A DNA stretch of 64,000 bases, taken from contig JAUCBJ010007287.1 in the NCBI GenBank assembly GCA_032718475.1, positions 1 to 64,000 of the forward strand, read 5' to 3'. The notes under the pieces were generated by a model that did not search any database, was not told where the DNA came from, and saw nothing but the letters and a program-made list of their open reading frames with translations. Positions 1-13,684 of this stretch are shown here, piece by piece. Origin of the DNA: Nemertoderma westbladi (lineage: Eukaryota; Animalia; Xenacoelomorpha). Every line of letters begins with the position of its first letter. Position 1 is the first letter of the stretch. The position numbers were made by a program, and so were the translations under genes.

Positions 1-1540
1 TACTAGTCTTCCCAAGAAATTAGACAGCCAACTAACCCACCCACACACAGGAGGCCGCCAACCAAAGAGATTGGCCTCCTGGCACTGAGCTGGCCTAGTC
101 GTAATGGAACTATGCAGGTAGTAATGTGTACTAAACAACTACAATACATTATAATGGGGGGGGGGGGGGGGGGGGGGGGGTGCAGGTCCGCAGCTTGTAC
201 AATGATATAGTCATAGTTCACAACAAGAGAGGGGATGGGATCACTGGGGTTATATTGATGCCTTGTCATACAACGACCTGTGAGCAAAATTGTGGTTTGT
301 CGGCCGGATGGTTAAAACCCTCCATTAGCATAATTTAATAAGTACTACTAACCCAATTTGATTTTTAATATTTAAAAAATTATAATTACAATACGTTAAT
401 CTGAATTAAAAAATACGTAAATAATGATGTACACCATAGTTTACTTTAAAACAAATTCGATTTTCAATAAAATTACCTTATCAGAGTATTAAAATTAAAT
501 TACCTACATTTTTAAAGGGTATTTTAGGGGGTGCGCTGGCGCAGGGGCGCCATGCTAATCTTAGCCAAGAGGCCCTACGAGAGGAAGGCGGAACCCCCCT
601 CAAACCCTAGACCAATCGCGTGAGGGGTTTTGTGTCGCCGAGCAACGACTGTTAATACGTATGAAACGATACAATTCTGATGTATTTCCAACCTTAATAT
701 ACTTTTCCGACATTTCCAACCCGTAGCAGTGTTCTTTCGTGATCTTTTTGGTCCCAGCTGGCCATTTTCGACGACTGGTTACTCATGCGTTTTGGGTCGC
801 TGAGCAATGACTGTAAATACATAAGAAACGGTACAACTCTTATGTATTCCCAACTATAATATGCTTTTCCATCATTTTTAAACCGTTTCTGTGTTTTTTC
901 CTGATGATTTTGGCCCCATATAGTTATTTTTGACGAACATTACTCATTTCGCAGCCTTATTATAGGTATGGAATAAAATTAATAATAAAAATAGCGAGTA
1001 GATATCCATGCTGTTGTTTCGAGTTTTATTAGGTTGCAGTTTTCTTTATTATTTCAAATAAAAAATAAAACAACAACGTATTTATACTCCTCGATTATGA
1101 GGGAAAATGAAAATAAATAAACGTAATAATTATAATATTCACATTTATTGTTCGCGCTTTTAGACTTTTAGCAGTTTAACCCGCCAATTTTAGGTGTCTT
1201 CTAATTTATAAATCGACTTTAGCCTACGACAATTTATTATTACTGAAATAACATTAGCCGAAGCCAGTCTATGCGCGACCATTCACCCACTGTTAAGGGA
1301 GACTGGATTCGGATGCTTTGACTTATTATTGCGTTGTAGACCTGTATTATTCGATTGATCGTTACTATATAATCTCTGACAATATATTCACTTTCGGGGA
1401 AATATTAACAGTTCCTTTAGGACGTGGCGCTTTAAGTATAAAACAGAGTTATGACTTATACTAATCACAACTAGATGTCTATTGATTTACATAAAAGGCG
1501 CATTCTTTAGGAGATGCTTTATTACCAGTCACATCACCGC
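1..1540 (+). repeat. Near-identical direct duplication of 10125-11660
   Basis: Line-by-line identity with 10125-11660 except for poly-G length; identity stops abruptly after ACATCACCGC (1540/11660). Confidence 0.95.
1149..1540 (-). mobile_element. Truncated LTR fragment related to the giant BEL/Pao LTRs
   Basis: Begins TGTTCGCGCTTTTAGAC like 33122 and 49477 and aligns with them; cut at 1540. Confidence 0.85.
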
Positions 1541-2972
1541 CAAAAACCACCAAAAAAAAATTTTCGAAAAAATGTACTGGGGTGGTTATATTGCAGCACC
1601 AAAATTACAAGTAGTGCACAATTTTCACAAAATTTGAAAGTTACATTTTCGGCTAATTATTTTTCAATACAGGTTTTCTGGGGTGCAAAATACATTAAAA
1701 AATATTTAAAAATGATATGATTACTATAAATGGCTGTTTAGTCCTCTCTGCGTAGGAAAAAAATGAAAAAAACAAGTAACCAGCACTTTTCAGTTAGAAC
1801 ACAAAATTTTTAATTCACTTATACGATGCTATAAATTCACATTTTCAGGTTTTCCAGGGCGCTGATTCTAATGGAATACATTTCTAATATGCCAGATCAT
1901 TGCTACTTCTATTTTTCGGCGTAATTTGACAAATTTTGGTGCTAGCACCAAATTTCGTACCCATCACCAAAAAGTACAAGTTTGCGATGTCCAGTGCTGT
2001 TTTTATTGATTCCATCGGATTCAGGACCCTCATAAACCCGTATAACGCAAGAAACAAGGCGATACTATCTACTTATCAATTTGAATTTTTTCCAAAATTT
2101 GGTGCTGGCACAACAATTTTCACCCACCGGCGAAAAATACAAGTTTGAGAACTCTTATGAAATTTTTACTGATTCCATTGAATTCAGAACCATCACAAAC
2201 CCGTATAACGCAAGAAACAAGGTGACACAATCAATTGATATATTTGATGGTTTTCAAAATTTGGTGCTAGCACCACATTTTGCACCGACATCCGAAAAAT
2301 ACAAGTTTGAGATGTCTAGTTCGATAATTATATTTTCCATTGAATTCAGAACAGCCATAAACCTCTAAAACGCAAGAAATAAATTGTCACAAGCAATTTT
2401 ATCTATTTAATGGATTTTAAAAATTTCGTGCTAGCACCAAAATTTGCACACAGCACCGAAAAATACAAGTTTGATACGCTTGGTGCAACTCGTATATATT
2501 TCATCGAATCCAGAACCCCAAAAAACCCCAATTGCGTAAAAAACAAGTTTCAAACAATCAATTTACAAAATTGACTTATTTCAAAATTTGGTGCTGGCAC
2601 CAAAATTTGGCACCCACCGAAAAAAACAAGTTTGAAATTTCTAAATCAATTTATATGAATTCCATCCAATTTCTAACACGAAAAAACCGGTGTAAATCAA
2701 AAATAGAGATGTTACAATTCATATTTAATGAAATGTAATTTTCAAAAAACGTCTCAAAAAAAGTGCCAAAAGTAGGGTTAAAAAATGGTGCTATAACTCG
2801 AAAAGTACCCAATATTTTTGAAAACGGTTTTCACTACTAGGAAGACAATAGATTTTTAGGAAAAGTCATAAAATTTCAGATTCCCAACTGCGTTTGTTTC
2901 AGAATTATAATAAAAAAACCACGGAAGGGGTCATATTGACCCCCCCCCCCCCCCCGGGTTTAATAGGGTTAA
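1541..2972. mobile_element. Non-autonomous piggyBac-like element (one end) with five ~163-bp internal repeats
   Basis: Ends ...AATAGGG-TTAA (2965-2972); GTGCT(A/G)GCAC units recur near 1938, 2101, 2263, 2427 and 2589. The other end is not seen. Confidence 0.6.
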
Positions 2973-3068
2973 GGATTGAAAACATCAAGTCCAAAGGTAT
3001 TGATCACCGCCTCGTTGAGAACATTCAAACCCATTGGTTGTAAAGTTTCCAACCGGCGGCACTGCCAT

Positions 3069-3668
3069 TCACCCTCTTTGTCGGTTCAGTTTTTTGTTTG
3101 CTGAGATCATCGGTAGACAATCAAATGGTGTAATTCTGAAGTGTACATTGTAAGAATGACCCGAGGTAATAAAATGTCTGTCGCTGGCAGTCGATGGTTT
3201 GTCATTAATTATCTTTGTCTTGTAGTTGGCTATCCTAGGCTTTAAGTCCTCTGTTGAACCGATACCAAATAAGTTACATTTAAGGCAAGTCACCACATAA
3301 ATAACATTTTTAGCATTGCAAGATAAATCATTCTTTATATAAACCCTGTGGCTTTTGTTAGTTGTTGAGCTGACATAATTTAAAGGTAATAATACTTTAC
3401 AGGGGACACATGCCGCTCTGTCACATTTATGAACTCCTAGAAAATCACAAGGTGAAAGTTCCCTTGTACACCTCAGTCTGGATGGCGCAAGGATATTCTT
3501 TAAGGTTGGTGCCCGGCGAGTTACAACTTCCAATTTATGACTATTCCAAAAAGATTTTGTCATTGAATGTTTATCTAGAATTGTGGAATGTTTTGAAATA
3601 ATCACCTTGGGGTTAGGTAATAGAGGGTCATTATTGTGTACATAGAAAAGTTGTTTCTTTTTATTCAT
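3069..3668 (-). pseudogene. Penelope GIY-YIG endonuclease domain
   Basis: C..C..C linker, then NVIYVVTCLKCNLFGIGSTEDLKPRIANYK...HF; frameshifted at the C-terminus. Confidence 0.85.
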
Positions 3669-5290
3669 TCTAGGCTTGTCTTTTTTTACTTTTTTTCTTT
3701 TTTCTACTGCGTACTGACTGCTGCAGAAGCAAATTGTTGAGCAACAATTTTCTCATCCCAGCCTCTTGCGACAAATGCAGAACCGTACTCAATGAGACTA
3801 GAAAAAAGATCTGAATCTAAACTACAATTCCTGCGCAAGCGTAAAGCTACAGCATAAGGGATGTTTCGAATCTGTGAACGAGGATGTGCTCTTGAAGGAC
3901 ACAAATACTGATGTACGTCCATGTGATAATTTTTAGTTTGGTTGTATCCACTGTCATCAATAAAAATAGTTAAATCCAGAAAATTTACTTCTTTACCAAA
4001 TTGTTCTAACTCAAAGAATATCTTTCCGTGAAGTACTGTCTCATTTAAATGTGTGACTAAATTTGAAACAACTTCTTCCGAAAAATTAATTCCAAAGGAA
4101 ATAATGTCGTCTGGGTATCTTTAGTATTCTTGTGGACTGTTATTAATTAAATTATCTTCTTGTTTTAATTCGTTTAGTTACATCAAATAAATCAGTTCTA
4201 ACCTCATTCAAAAATTGTTCTAGAATCGGATTGTTAGAGTTTATTGAAAAACGAGATTTACCGGGCCACGGTTTTTTTTGTGGATGAAAATCAGGTGCGT
4301 TTCACTTTCAACGGCCTGATCGTCTTCTCTGTGAACTACTGTAACCCCTAAATTTGCCTTCTTATCTTGCATGTAATTATCAAATTTAATTCTTATAGAT
4401 GAAACAAATTTTATAAAGTCTATGTTCTCCTGATACAAATCAGCATGTGGAGGAATTGGGCAAAACGAAGGTCCTTTCTTGAGCAATAAAATTGCTGGGT
4501 CATCGATTTCTATTTCTTCATAGACAACAGGATCAAATACAGTAGGGTCGCATTTGTTCATTGACATTGAATCAAGTAATCTATTTTCGATTTTTTTTGC
4601 GTCTGTTTAAGTAATTAAGTCTACGTTGTGCGGATCTCCGATGTCCAGGTTTATGTCTTTTATGAGACAACAAATTATCGTATAAAACATTGTTAGGGCT
4701 TGAAGCAGAGCGGGTTTCATTCATTAAAATGTTCCACTTTTTTATCAGACGCTGTCTCACTGTACGAGAAGTGTTTTTCATGTGATCAAAAACGCGTGAC
4801 AAGATTGAATTCGAATTATCATAGGTGATAGCAGATGATTTAGCTCTCATAAAAAGTCTAAGAAAATGTCTTCGCCTCGTCTCGGCATGAAGAGAAACAA
4901 CTTCCAAAATATTTAATTCGGCTTTAAAAATATTATTTTTAGCTTTAATGCGAACCTGTTCAAAATGAATAGAATTACCAGGTAAATTAAGGTTTAAGCA
5001 AATCCTCAAACCCTTCGGTATTACGTTGTGCTTCATGCAATTTTCAAGAAATTATCTTTGTAGTTGGCCCAAATTAGTTGCGAGCCTAAATTTATTAATT
5101 GTAGGAACAAAATTCTTGGTACAATCGCCATTTATCCACAGTCAAAAATTAATATAAGTTTAAATTAAGTAAATAAAGTTAGGGAATATGACTGTAGGGT
5201 GTGAGATCAAGTTGTTTTAGTATAATAATATTTTAAGAATTCAAAAGGTGACAACTTATATGATCAATCACTAAAAATTTAATTTTTTAT

Positions 5291-5329
5291 TATTAGCTTT
5301 CGATAGCTCTCTCTATCTTTTTCAAATAA
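5291..5329 (-). ncRNA. Putative minimal, non-canonical hammerhead ribozyme in the Penelope pLTR
   Basis: Minus strand TTAT-TTGAAAAA-GATAG-agagag-CTATC-GAAA-GCT-A-ATAA: stem I TTAT/ATAA, stem II GATAG/CTATC, GAAA, palindromic AGCT. The core deviates from CUGANGA. Confidence 0.45.
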
Positions 5330-5693
5330 ACGATATTCTAGGATAATTGCTCTACAAATAATAATGAGTTTGTTAAATCTGTGAATCTTTAATCTTTATA
5401 ATTCTTAAGGATTGAAAACATCAAGTCCAAAGTTATTGATCACGGCCACGGCCTCGTTGAGAACATTCAAACCCATTGGTTGTAAAGTTTCCAACCGGCA
5501 CTGCCATTCACCCTCTTTAATTCTGAATTTTTGTCGGTTCAGTTTTTTGTTTGCTGAGATCGGTAGACACTCAAATTGTGTAATTCTGAAGTGTACATTG
5601 TAAGAATGACCCAAGCTACCTTCTATTACTATAACTATTCTGAAACAACTATTCCACTATAGGTATAGTACTAATAATATACCTGTTGTAGGC

Positions 5694-6164
5694 TTGTCAC
5701 CCACAGAAGTTGATAAATCGAATTTACAACTGTTACGACTTTCACAGAAACTTGAGAGACCCGAGGAATATAATCAACTCAGCGTCGATCCTTTGACTCC
5801 ATTGTCGGATAAATTCTCAAGTAATATGATTAATGGATTAATTCGTGTTGGAGGTCATATTACTAACGCTCCTATTTCTAGAGACACTATATTCCCAATA
5901 TTCGATCCCGAGATTCAAACTAAGTTGATACAGGACGTCCACTACAGACTATATCACGCCGGGAAAGAACATATATTGACTGAGATAAGGACGCGCTACT
6001 ATTTAGTCAACCCTCGTGCGGCTCTGGACCAAACATTGTGGAATTGTATACCGTGCAAGAGGATTTATAACAAACCAACGACGCAGTCAGAAGCTGCACC
6101 CCCAAAGAAAAGAGTTGACTACTATCACCCACCATTTAAACCAAAGATACACTATTTCAATTGA
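5694..6164 (+). pseudogene. BEL/Pao pol fragment (integrase zinc-binding region)
   Basis: GLIRVGG..NAP...HYRLYHAGKEHILTEIRTRYY...CIPCKR, closely similar to the same region at ~41360-41620. Confidence 0.85.
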
Positions 6165-7689
6165 CCAACCGGCCGCCTTTGTTTATTAGAACTGGCAAGG
6201 GAGCGTTCTGGTAACTAACTACGGGCAACAACGAGTTAGGCCAAAGTAGTCTAACCTACAAACTAGAGTAACGTCTTGTAGAAGGTTACGATTGAGTGGG
6301 AATTATTTATTAGACATTTAATATAGCATAAGTATTAGTATTACACTACAGTGCACGGTAGCAACAAAACCTACTTATGTTAATTGTAGGGTGAGTGAGG
6401 GAGACTTGAACCCCAGAAGTTATAATTGCTCTAAAGAACAGATAAATTAATTTTTCAGTGCCGTTTTAACTTTATCACATTACATTTATGATTGCTATCA
6501 TTATGTTAGAGTTTGAGAATTTCGGCTCTTAATTAATCTTTTTTAATGAAACCAATTATTCGTATTTTCGAAAAAGCGTCAAGTCTCCCTCAATGGGGGG
6601 AGACTTGACACCTTAGGGTGGGAGACTTGAACCCCACCTCGCATACTTGTAAAAATGCAGAAAATGCAGAAGATGTGTAATAATTACATGTTCAACATGT
6701 CTATTTTCTAGTAGAGCAAAAAATTTCAAAAAATGCGATTGTTAAATTGTTAAATTATTATCCAAAATTTTATACAAATTTAGGTGGTCGTTCACATGGT
6801 TCTCCCAACAAGAACTGAATAAATAATAGTTCATTAAATCGCATTAAAATTTAACGCGGGAAGGTAATTTTTATTAATGAATATCTTGTATAATTTATAA
6901 TCCAGGCCTATATTAATTGTTTTCCTGTAATTCTATTGATTGTGCCGCTTTCTGACGAAGTGGCATCTTGTTTAAGCTGTCAATCACACAGTTGGCGGGC
7001 TACTAACTGCATTGCAAAGAGGGAAGGAAGAGTTGGTTGGCTTGGCTTGGCTTGGCTGGGTTTATCAAGACCTCTCTCTCTCTCCCTGGCCACTCCATTG
7101 TATTCATATTCCATTGATAGCTTGGTCTGTGTAAGTGCCAATCAACTAGTTGGAGTGCTCTGGTGTAATGGTTCTCTACATGGGGGGTGTATCTTTAGGT
7201 AGACGTCAGCATTGAAGGCTTCAAGTCTCCCTCACACTTGTAGCCAAAATTAAAACAACCAAATTAAATATCGCTATAAATGATCAAATAACTATTAAGT
7301 AGTTACTAGTGTGAAATAAGTGTGAGAGTTGAGCGTTCTAATTTCTACAATTACCAACATGGCAACATGTCATCGAACAATTTGGATTATTAAAAAACCG
7401 AAACAACGTGTTTCTCTGAAAACACAAATGGTGTCTGCACAACTGTGAATGCAACCTTTTAGTACAGTTTGCATTACAGAAACACAACCTGTTATCATGG
7501 ATACACAAAATAGTGACATTCTGGTAAATATTAAATATGTATTTTGAACCGTATTTTGACTTTAAATTAATTTAAAATACGCGAATTACCTTTAAATTAA
7601 GCTAAATCGTGTGAATAATAAATATATCGTGTGAGTTTGTGTGAAGCGTATACAATTATCCAACCTTTCTTTGATGCGAGGATTATAGC

Positions 7690-8580
7690 AGACATATTTG
7701 GCTCCGGACCAGTCCCCCGTCTCCCTGGCTCGATGAGAGTTTAGCATATGGCCACGATACTTCGGTACCGCTGGTATTTGCGAACTCGCGTCTCGCCACT
7801 AAGGGATCGATCAGGGACTGCGTTGCGGTGTGTGGCTGTCTGATTGGGGAGGTGATGTCCGCCTACCCTTGTTGCAGTTATATGTTCAAACTCGCACTTC
7901 GATATGTTGAAATACCCTCTTCCGATAAACGAGGTTTTCGGGACATGCAGATGATGGATACGATGACGGCTGATCTCACTGGTGAATCTACCGAACTCAC
8001 TCAGAGTATGTCGCCCCGTATGGACGTGAGGAGGAAGAGCGGACATAGCGTGAACGATTGAACGACGAACGCGAATTAGCTTCTTTGGTCCAACCCGCGG
8101 TCCAGACTTTAATGGAAGGGTTCCAAAGTAAAGCACGTATTCACACGTCTGGGTCTGTAAAGCGTTTTCGGTGTCGCTTACAGTCATACCCAACCGATAC
8201 CTCTCGACACCGACATCTCCAACCCCAATTTAGTTGTGGATGTTGTAAACTCACCTCATAGAGCCCATATGCGACGATACTGATGAATGGATTATCACTC
8301 CTCCTGGTCGAGCTGATCAAATAAAGACTTTAATTCGGGATAATTACCTCGAAAGACGTCCTCTCCATTCCCCGTGCTATGGGACTCAGGACCACCCGGA
8401 TTTTGTCTTGCTCGGTCAACATTATGTAATGGAACTCGAGCATCCCGCCTGCAGCGTGGATTTTCTATCTCTGGTTAATCCCCTCGACGATACCGAAATC
8501 GAGCCCCTGCAGAAGCATTTCGACGATATAATAAAGTCAAATACCTTTCGACTCGACCCAAAGGGACGACAAAACATCAA
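7690..8580 (+). pseudogene. Decayed homologue of the giant element's accessory ORF2
   Basis: DERELASLVQPAVQTLMEGFQSKARIH vs DEREEAALAQPEAQILMTDLYSKTIIH; FLSLVNPLDDTEIEPLQKHFDDIIKSNTFR vs FLPLINPLDLVELEQLQKHLDQLVKANSFR (ORF 36616-37281). The left boundary is approximate. Confidence 0.85.
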
Positions 8581-8619
8581 TTCTGAAATATATCAGATTG
8601 TGGGATCATATTATAATAT

Positions 8620-9040
8620 AATATACACACTCGCCAATATTGATTACACCTTGTCCTATAATTTAGTGCGCTGTAGTTCAGTTGTTAGCACAATATTAGT
8701 TAGCCAGATAATATACAGACTCGCCAATATTTATTACACCTTGTCATATAATTGATTACACTGTACATAGATCAGTTGTTTAGCACAATATTAGTTAGCC
8801 AGATACTGTAATATACACACTCGCTAATATTGGTTACTGTACAGTACACCTTGTCATATAATTTATTACACCGTACATAGGTCAGTTGTTAGCACAATAT
8901 TAGTTAGCCAGATAATATAAACACACACTCGCTATTATTGGTTACTGTACACCTTATCATATAATTGATTACACTGTAGTTCAGTTGTTAGCACAATATT
9001 AGTTAGCCAGATTATATAGGTACACACTCGTCAATATTTG
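8620..9040. repeat. Tandem repeat, ~90-105-bp unit, about 5 copies
   Basis: Recurring ACACTCGC..ATATT...TCAGTTGTTAGCACAATATTAGTTAGCCAGAT. Confidence 0.85.
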
Positions 9041-10124
9041 TTTTGTTATAGATACAATAAATTTTAAAGTGTTTGATGAAAAATAGTTTGCCACCCATTT
9101 GATACGACTACAGCTTTATTAACTTTATGAAATGTATCTAACATTAGAAATGTTACACACATCTGTGACCTAATAGACCTAACATCCAATACATGGAAGT
9201 GATATGAAACACCTAACAGTAATCTGATGGAAACAATATACCTAACAGTAATCGGGTGGAAGCGATACACCTAACAGTAAACGGGTGGAAGTCATACACC
9301 TAACATGTATATTTACTCTATATTCCCATTGCAGCTGCATGGGGGCGCAAGGTAAAAAAACACACTGAAAATTTATCTGGCAAATTAAATTCACCTAACA
9401 TAGCTTGAAACTTCGCGAGATGATTTTTTTCGTGATTTGAGACAACTGTTAGCGGAAAGTGTTAGCATAATTGTGTAGTTAGCACAATGATTGTGGGAAT
9501 CTGGCGAAATGTTAGGTGTATTACGCTTTAGCACGCGCAATGTGTTGGGTGGATGGCTACAATACATTATAATGGGGGGGGGGGGGGGGGGGGCACTAGC
9601 GTACCGAGGGGGAGGCCATGTGAAAGCATACTGAAAAACCCTTTCCAGTTGAAATGAGAAAAAAAGTAATATATATATTATATATATTAAAGATCAACAT
9701 TCCAAATTTTCTGAAACAAAAGCATTTTTCTAGACAGAAAGCTTCGCATTGAAACCTGGCTGGCCAAGGGCTAGATCCTTGGGGAGAGGGGGGGGGGGGG
9801 GGGGGGGGGGGTAATATGATAATATCCCTTGGTATTATTATATCAGTTGACATTGTGGCCTTCTGGCTGGCCACAAGTGGGAAATACGTTGCTTTCTTGT
9901 AAGGAGAAATAATTGATTCGAGTCACAACAAATTATGTCATAGGGAGTAAAGTAGTCGGTGGTCTCAGTGCTATTTGCTGTATATTATTAGCTTGGGGTG
10001 CCGACAGCGACAGAACACTAACAAAGTAAAGGCATAGCATGTGTAATGGCTCTTAGCTTATGCCGCCCCAGTATGTAAAACCAATTATCTGCTGTGGAAT
10101 GGAATTCCCCGAAATTTCGAAATA

Positions 10125-11660
10125 TACTAGTCTTCCCAAGAAATTAGACAGCCAACTAACCCACCCACACACAGGAGGCCGCCAACCAAAGAGATTGGCC
10201 TCCTGGCACTGAGCTGGCCTAGTCGTAATGGAACTATGCAGGTAGTAATGTGTACTAAACAACTACAATACATTATAATGGGGGGGGGGGGGGGGGGGGG
10301 TGCAGGTCCGCAGCTTGTACAATGATATAGTCATAGTTCACAACAAGAGAGGGGATGGGATCACTGGGGTTATATTGATGCCTTGTCATACAACGACCTG
10401 TGAGCAAAATTGTGGTTTGTCGGCCGGATGGTTAAAACCCTCCATTAGCATAATTTAATAAGTACTACTAACCCAATTTGATTTTTAATATTTAAAAAAT
10501 TATAATTACAATACGTTAATCTGAATTAAAAAATACGTAAATAATGATGTACACCATAGTTTACTTTAAAACAAATTCGATTTTCAATAAAATTACCTTA
10601 TCAGAGTATTAAAATTAAATTACCTACATTTTTAAAGGGTATTTTAGGGGGTGCGCTGGCGCAGGGGCGCCATGCTAATCTTAGCCAAGAGGCCCTACGA
10701 GAGGAAGGCGGAACCCCCCTCAAACCCTAGACCAATCGCGTGAGGGGTTTTGTGTCGCCGAGCAACGACTGTTAATACGTATGAAACGATACAATTCTGA
10801 TGTATTTCCAACCTTAATATACTTTTCCGACATTTCCAACCCGTAGCAGTGTTCTTTCGTGATCTTTTTGGTCCCAGCTGGCCATTTTCGACGACTGGTT
10901 ACTCATGCGTTTTGGGTCGCTGAGCAATGACTGTAAATACATAAGAAACGGTACAACTCTTATGTATTCCCAACTATAATATGCTTTTCCATCATTTTTA
11001 AACCGTTTCTGTGTTTTTTCCTGATGATTTTGGCCCCATATAGTTATTTTTGACGAACATTACTCATTTCGCAGCCTTATTATAGGTATGGAATAAAATT
11101 AATAATAAAAATAGCGAGTAGATATCCATGCTGTTGTTTCGAGTTTTATTAGGTTGCAGTTTTCTTTATTATTTCAAATAAAAAATAAAACAACAACGTA
11201 TTTATACTCCTCGATTATGAGGGAAAATGAAAATAAATAAACGTAATAATTATAATATTCACATTTATTGTTCGCGCTTTTAGACTTTTAGCAGTTTAAC
11301 CCGCCAATTTTAGGTGTCTTCTAATTTATAAATCGACTTTAGCCTACGACAATTTATTATTACTGAAATAACATTAGCCGAAGCCAGTCTATGCGCGACC
11401 ATTCACCCACTGTTAAGGGAGACTGGATTCGGATGCTTTGACTTATTATTGCGTTGTAGACCTGTATTATTCGATTGATCGTTACTATATAATCTCTGAC
11501 AATATATTCACTTTCGGGGAAATATTAACAGTTCCTTTAGGACGTGGCGCTTTAAGTATAAAACAGAGTTATGACTTATACTAATCACAACTAGATGTCT
11601 ATTGATTTACATAAAAGGCGCATTCTTTAGGAGATGCTTTATTACCAGTCACATCACCGC
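10125..11660 (+). repeat. Second copy of the 1-1540 duplication
   Basis: Direct identity with 1-1540. Confidence 0.95.
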
Positions 11661-12465
11661 ACACAACATCACACTGCTTCACACTGATCTGCCGACAGTC
11701 ACTGAATTTGATCATATATAAGGAAGATAGCAACATGACACATGTGGGGATTATGAAATAGCATTTGATTCACTCCAAAACCACTATAATGTAAGTCGCA
11801 ATTGCTACCGGTAACCTGTCCTCTAACCTTCAGTAATCAAGAAGATTGGGGTTTTTATGATTCTTTATCGGTGTTCTCCAAATATAACAATATATCTATC
11901 AACATATATCACCATTAATAACAGACAGTAAAATAATGCAGTATGTAGTAAGATGATAAGTAAGTGAGCATTGTGAGCATTGATATGTTGGTTTGGTTTG
12001 TTGGTAATAGTTTATGTTTCGATAATCAAAGGCATCTAATGTTCTGGCCAACGTCTGAAACTTCCACAGAAGTACAGAAGAATCCTAAGCCGGTGTTCTG
12101 GCTTAGAAAAGAGGATGACTGCTAACATACACAGACTTGCTCGGTTTACATAGCTCTTTTCCAAGAAAAATGAAAATTGCTCTGATTGGCTGAGCCGAGC
12201 CGAACAAAGAACACAGAGGCCAAGGGAAAATTCCACGTCAGCAAATCAGCTGATAGATGTCGTCATCTGAGCTCCTCCAGCCTTTAGAGTATTTAAGCGC
12301 ATTGCGGCATAAAATTGCTTGTTATGTCCGCTAAAGCGACCGTAGACCCACGCCACTAGTTTACCAGGTTCCATATTGTTACGTAGACCCACGCCACTAG
12401 TTTACCAGGTTCCAAATTGTTACGTAGACCCACGCCACTAGTTTACCAGGTTCCATATTGTTACA
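11269..12465 (-). mobile_element. LTR of a sister subfamily of the giant BEL/Pao element (probably a 3' LTR)
   Basis: TGTT...TACA termini, ~1.2 kb, aligns with 33122-34215; its U3 end carries three 41-bp repeats (12341-12463); preceded on the minus strand by AGGGCG (PPT-like). Confidence 0.75.
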
Positions 12466-13684
12466 CGCCCTGTAAGTGTCGTCCTTCCATCGTAGCTGCA
12501 ATGAACCTGTAAGATAATATTATATGAAATTATAATTGATAGATAGATGTGTCGATAGAGTGTCGATAGAACGCGAGCTGTACAGAGTAGATCTACAGCA
12601 AATAAACCAATAATAATAACAGAAAATAATATCATTAGTATTATGTTAAGTAGGGATGTCCCGAAATCGATATTTTGATTCCGGCCGGAACCGGAATTCA
12701 ACATGCCGGAATATTCCGGCCGGAATTCCGGCCGGAACCGGAATCTTCTATAATTAGTGAAATACACTAAATGTCCCATGAAACTGTATAATTTTTGTGA
12801 AACAGATGAATTTTTTTAATTTCTACAGCTAAGTTTGATAATGAGATGAATCAGAACCTTGGGGGGAATTAAGGTGGGTGGAGTGGAGAATGGCCTGGCC
12901 CGTTATGGGGACGGGATGGTACTTCGGCATTATTTAACATCATTTTTTTTCTAAAATCGATAACCTTGGCCAAAATTTTGGTGTTTAGCATTTAGACTCA
13001 CACCTAAAAACCTACGTTAACCAAAAACCTTTGGTTTCGCGTCACTGGGTCCATTGGTGCAATATCCTGGTGTCTTTAAGGGAAATGAGCATGTTACAGA
13101 GACATGTTATTCGAACCAAAACAATAAACGAGGCCACTAGTACATCACATGTTACAGTTTAATTGTTGCTGGGAATAAATAGATTTATGGTAAGAAATGG
13201 ATTTGCTGTAAATAGAAACAAAACTACTATATTATGCAGCACCTACGACGCAGGACTGAACTAACGACCACTCGCACGACCTGTACGTATTGTAATAATG
13301 TTTTATATTTTTGTAATTGTGTTAATCGAGTTTCATTGCTAACTTTACAAGGTTAGCAATTTATTTAACCTCCTGTAATTATCATATTATTTAATACTTA
13401 ATGCAAAGTAAAATAATATAATATAAAATCAATGTAAAATAATGTAATGATGTTAAAATAATGTTAAATAATAATGATAATAATGTTTAATTAGTTAATG
13501 TAAATTAAAAGGATTATTGTGAATTGTATATGAATACTACTTAAGTGGTGTAACAGATGGTGGGACCATTTAGTTTGATTACCAGGTAAAAATTTTTTGG
13601 AAATGTGTTACATACCCATCAAGACTGAATTCACTTTAATAAACAGGGTGGCTGTGAATCTTCCTTCGTTAGATAGGTTAATTA

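Larger units (their letters stand above)
2969..5614 (-). mobile_element. Decayed Penelope-like retroelement with partial tandem duplication of its 3' end (pLTR)
   Basis: N-terminal CMKHNVIPKGL, KGPSFCP, RT remnant RYPDDII (~4100-4122), HQYL..S.AHP..NIPY..ALRLRRNCS, then a C-terminal GIY-YIG; 5405-5614 repeats the ORF 3' end at ~2969-3165. Confidence 0.9.

Noticed and set aside
3-287. Poly-Pro/poly-Gly ORFs here and at 9596, 17468, 26256, 26629 and 50792
   Set aside because: Translations of G/C homopolymer runs.
6388-7236. GAGGGAGACTTGA repeats in both orientations suggesting a DNA transposon
   Set aside because: Termini and TSD could not be defined.
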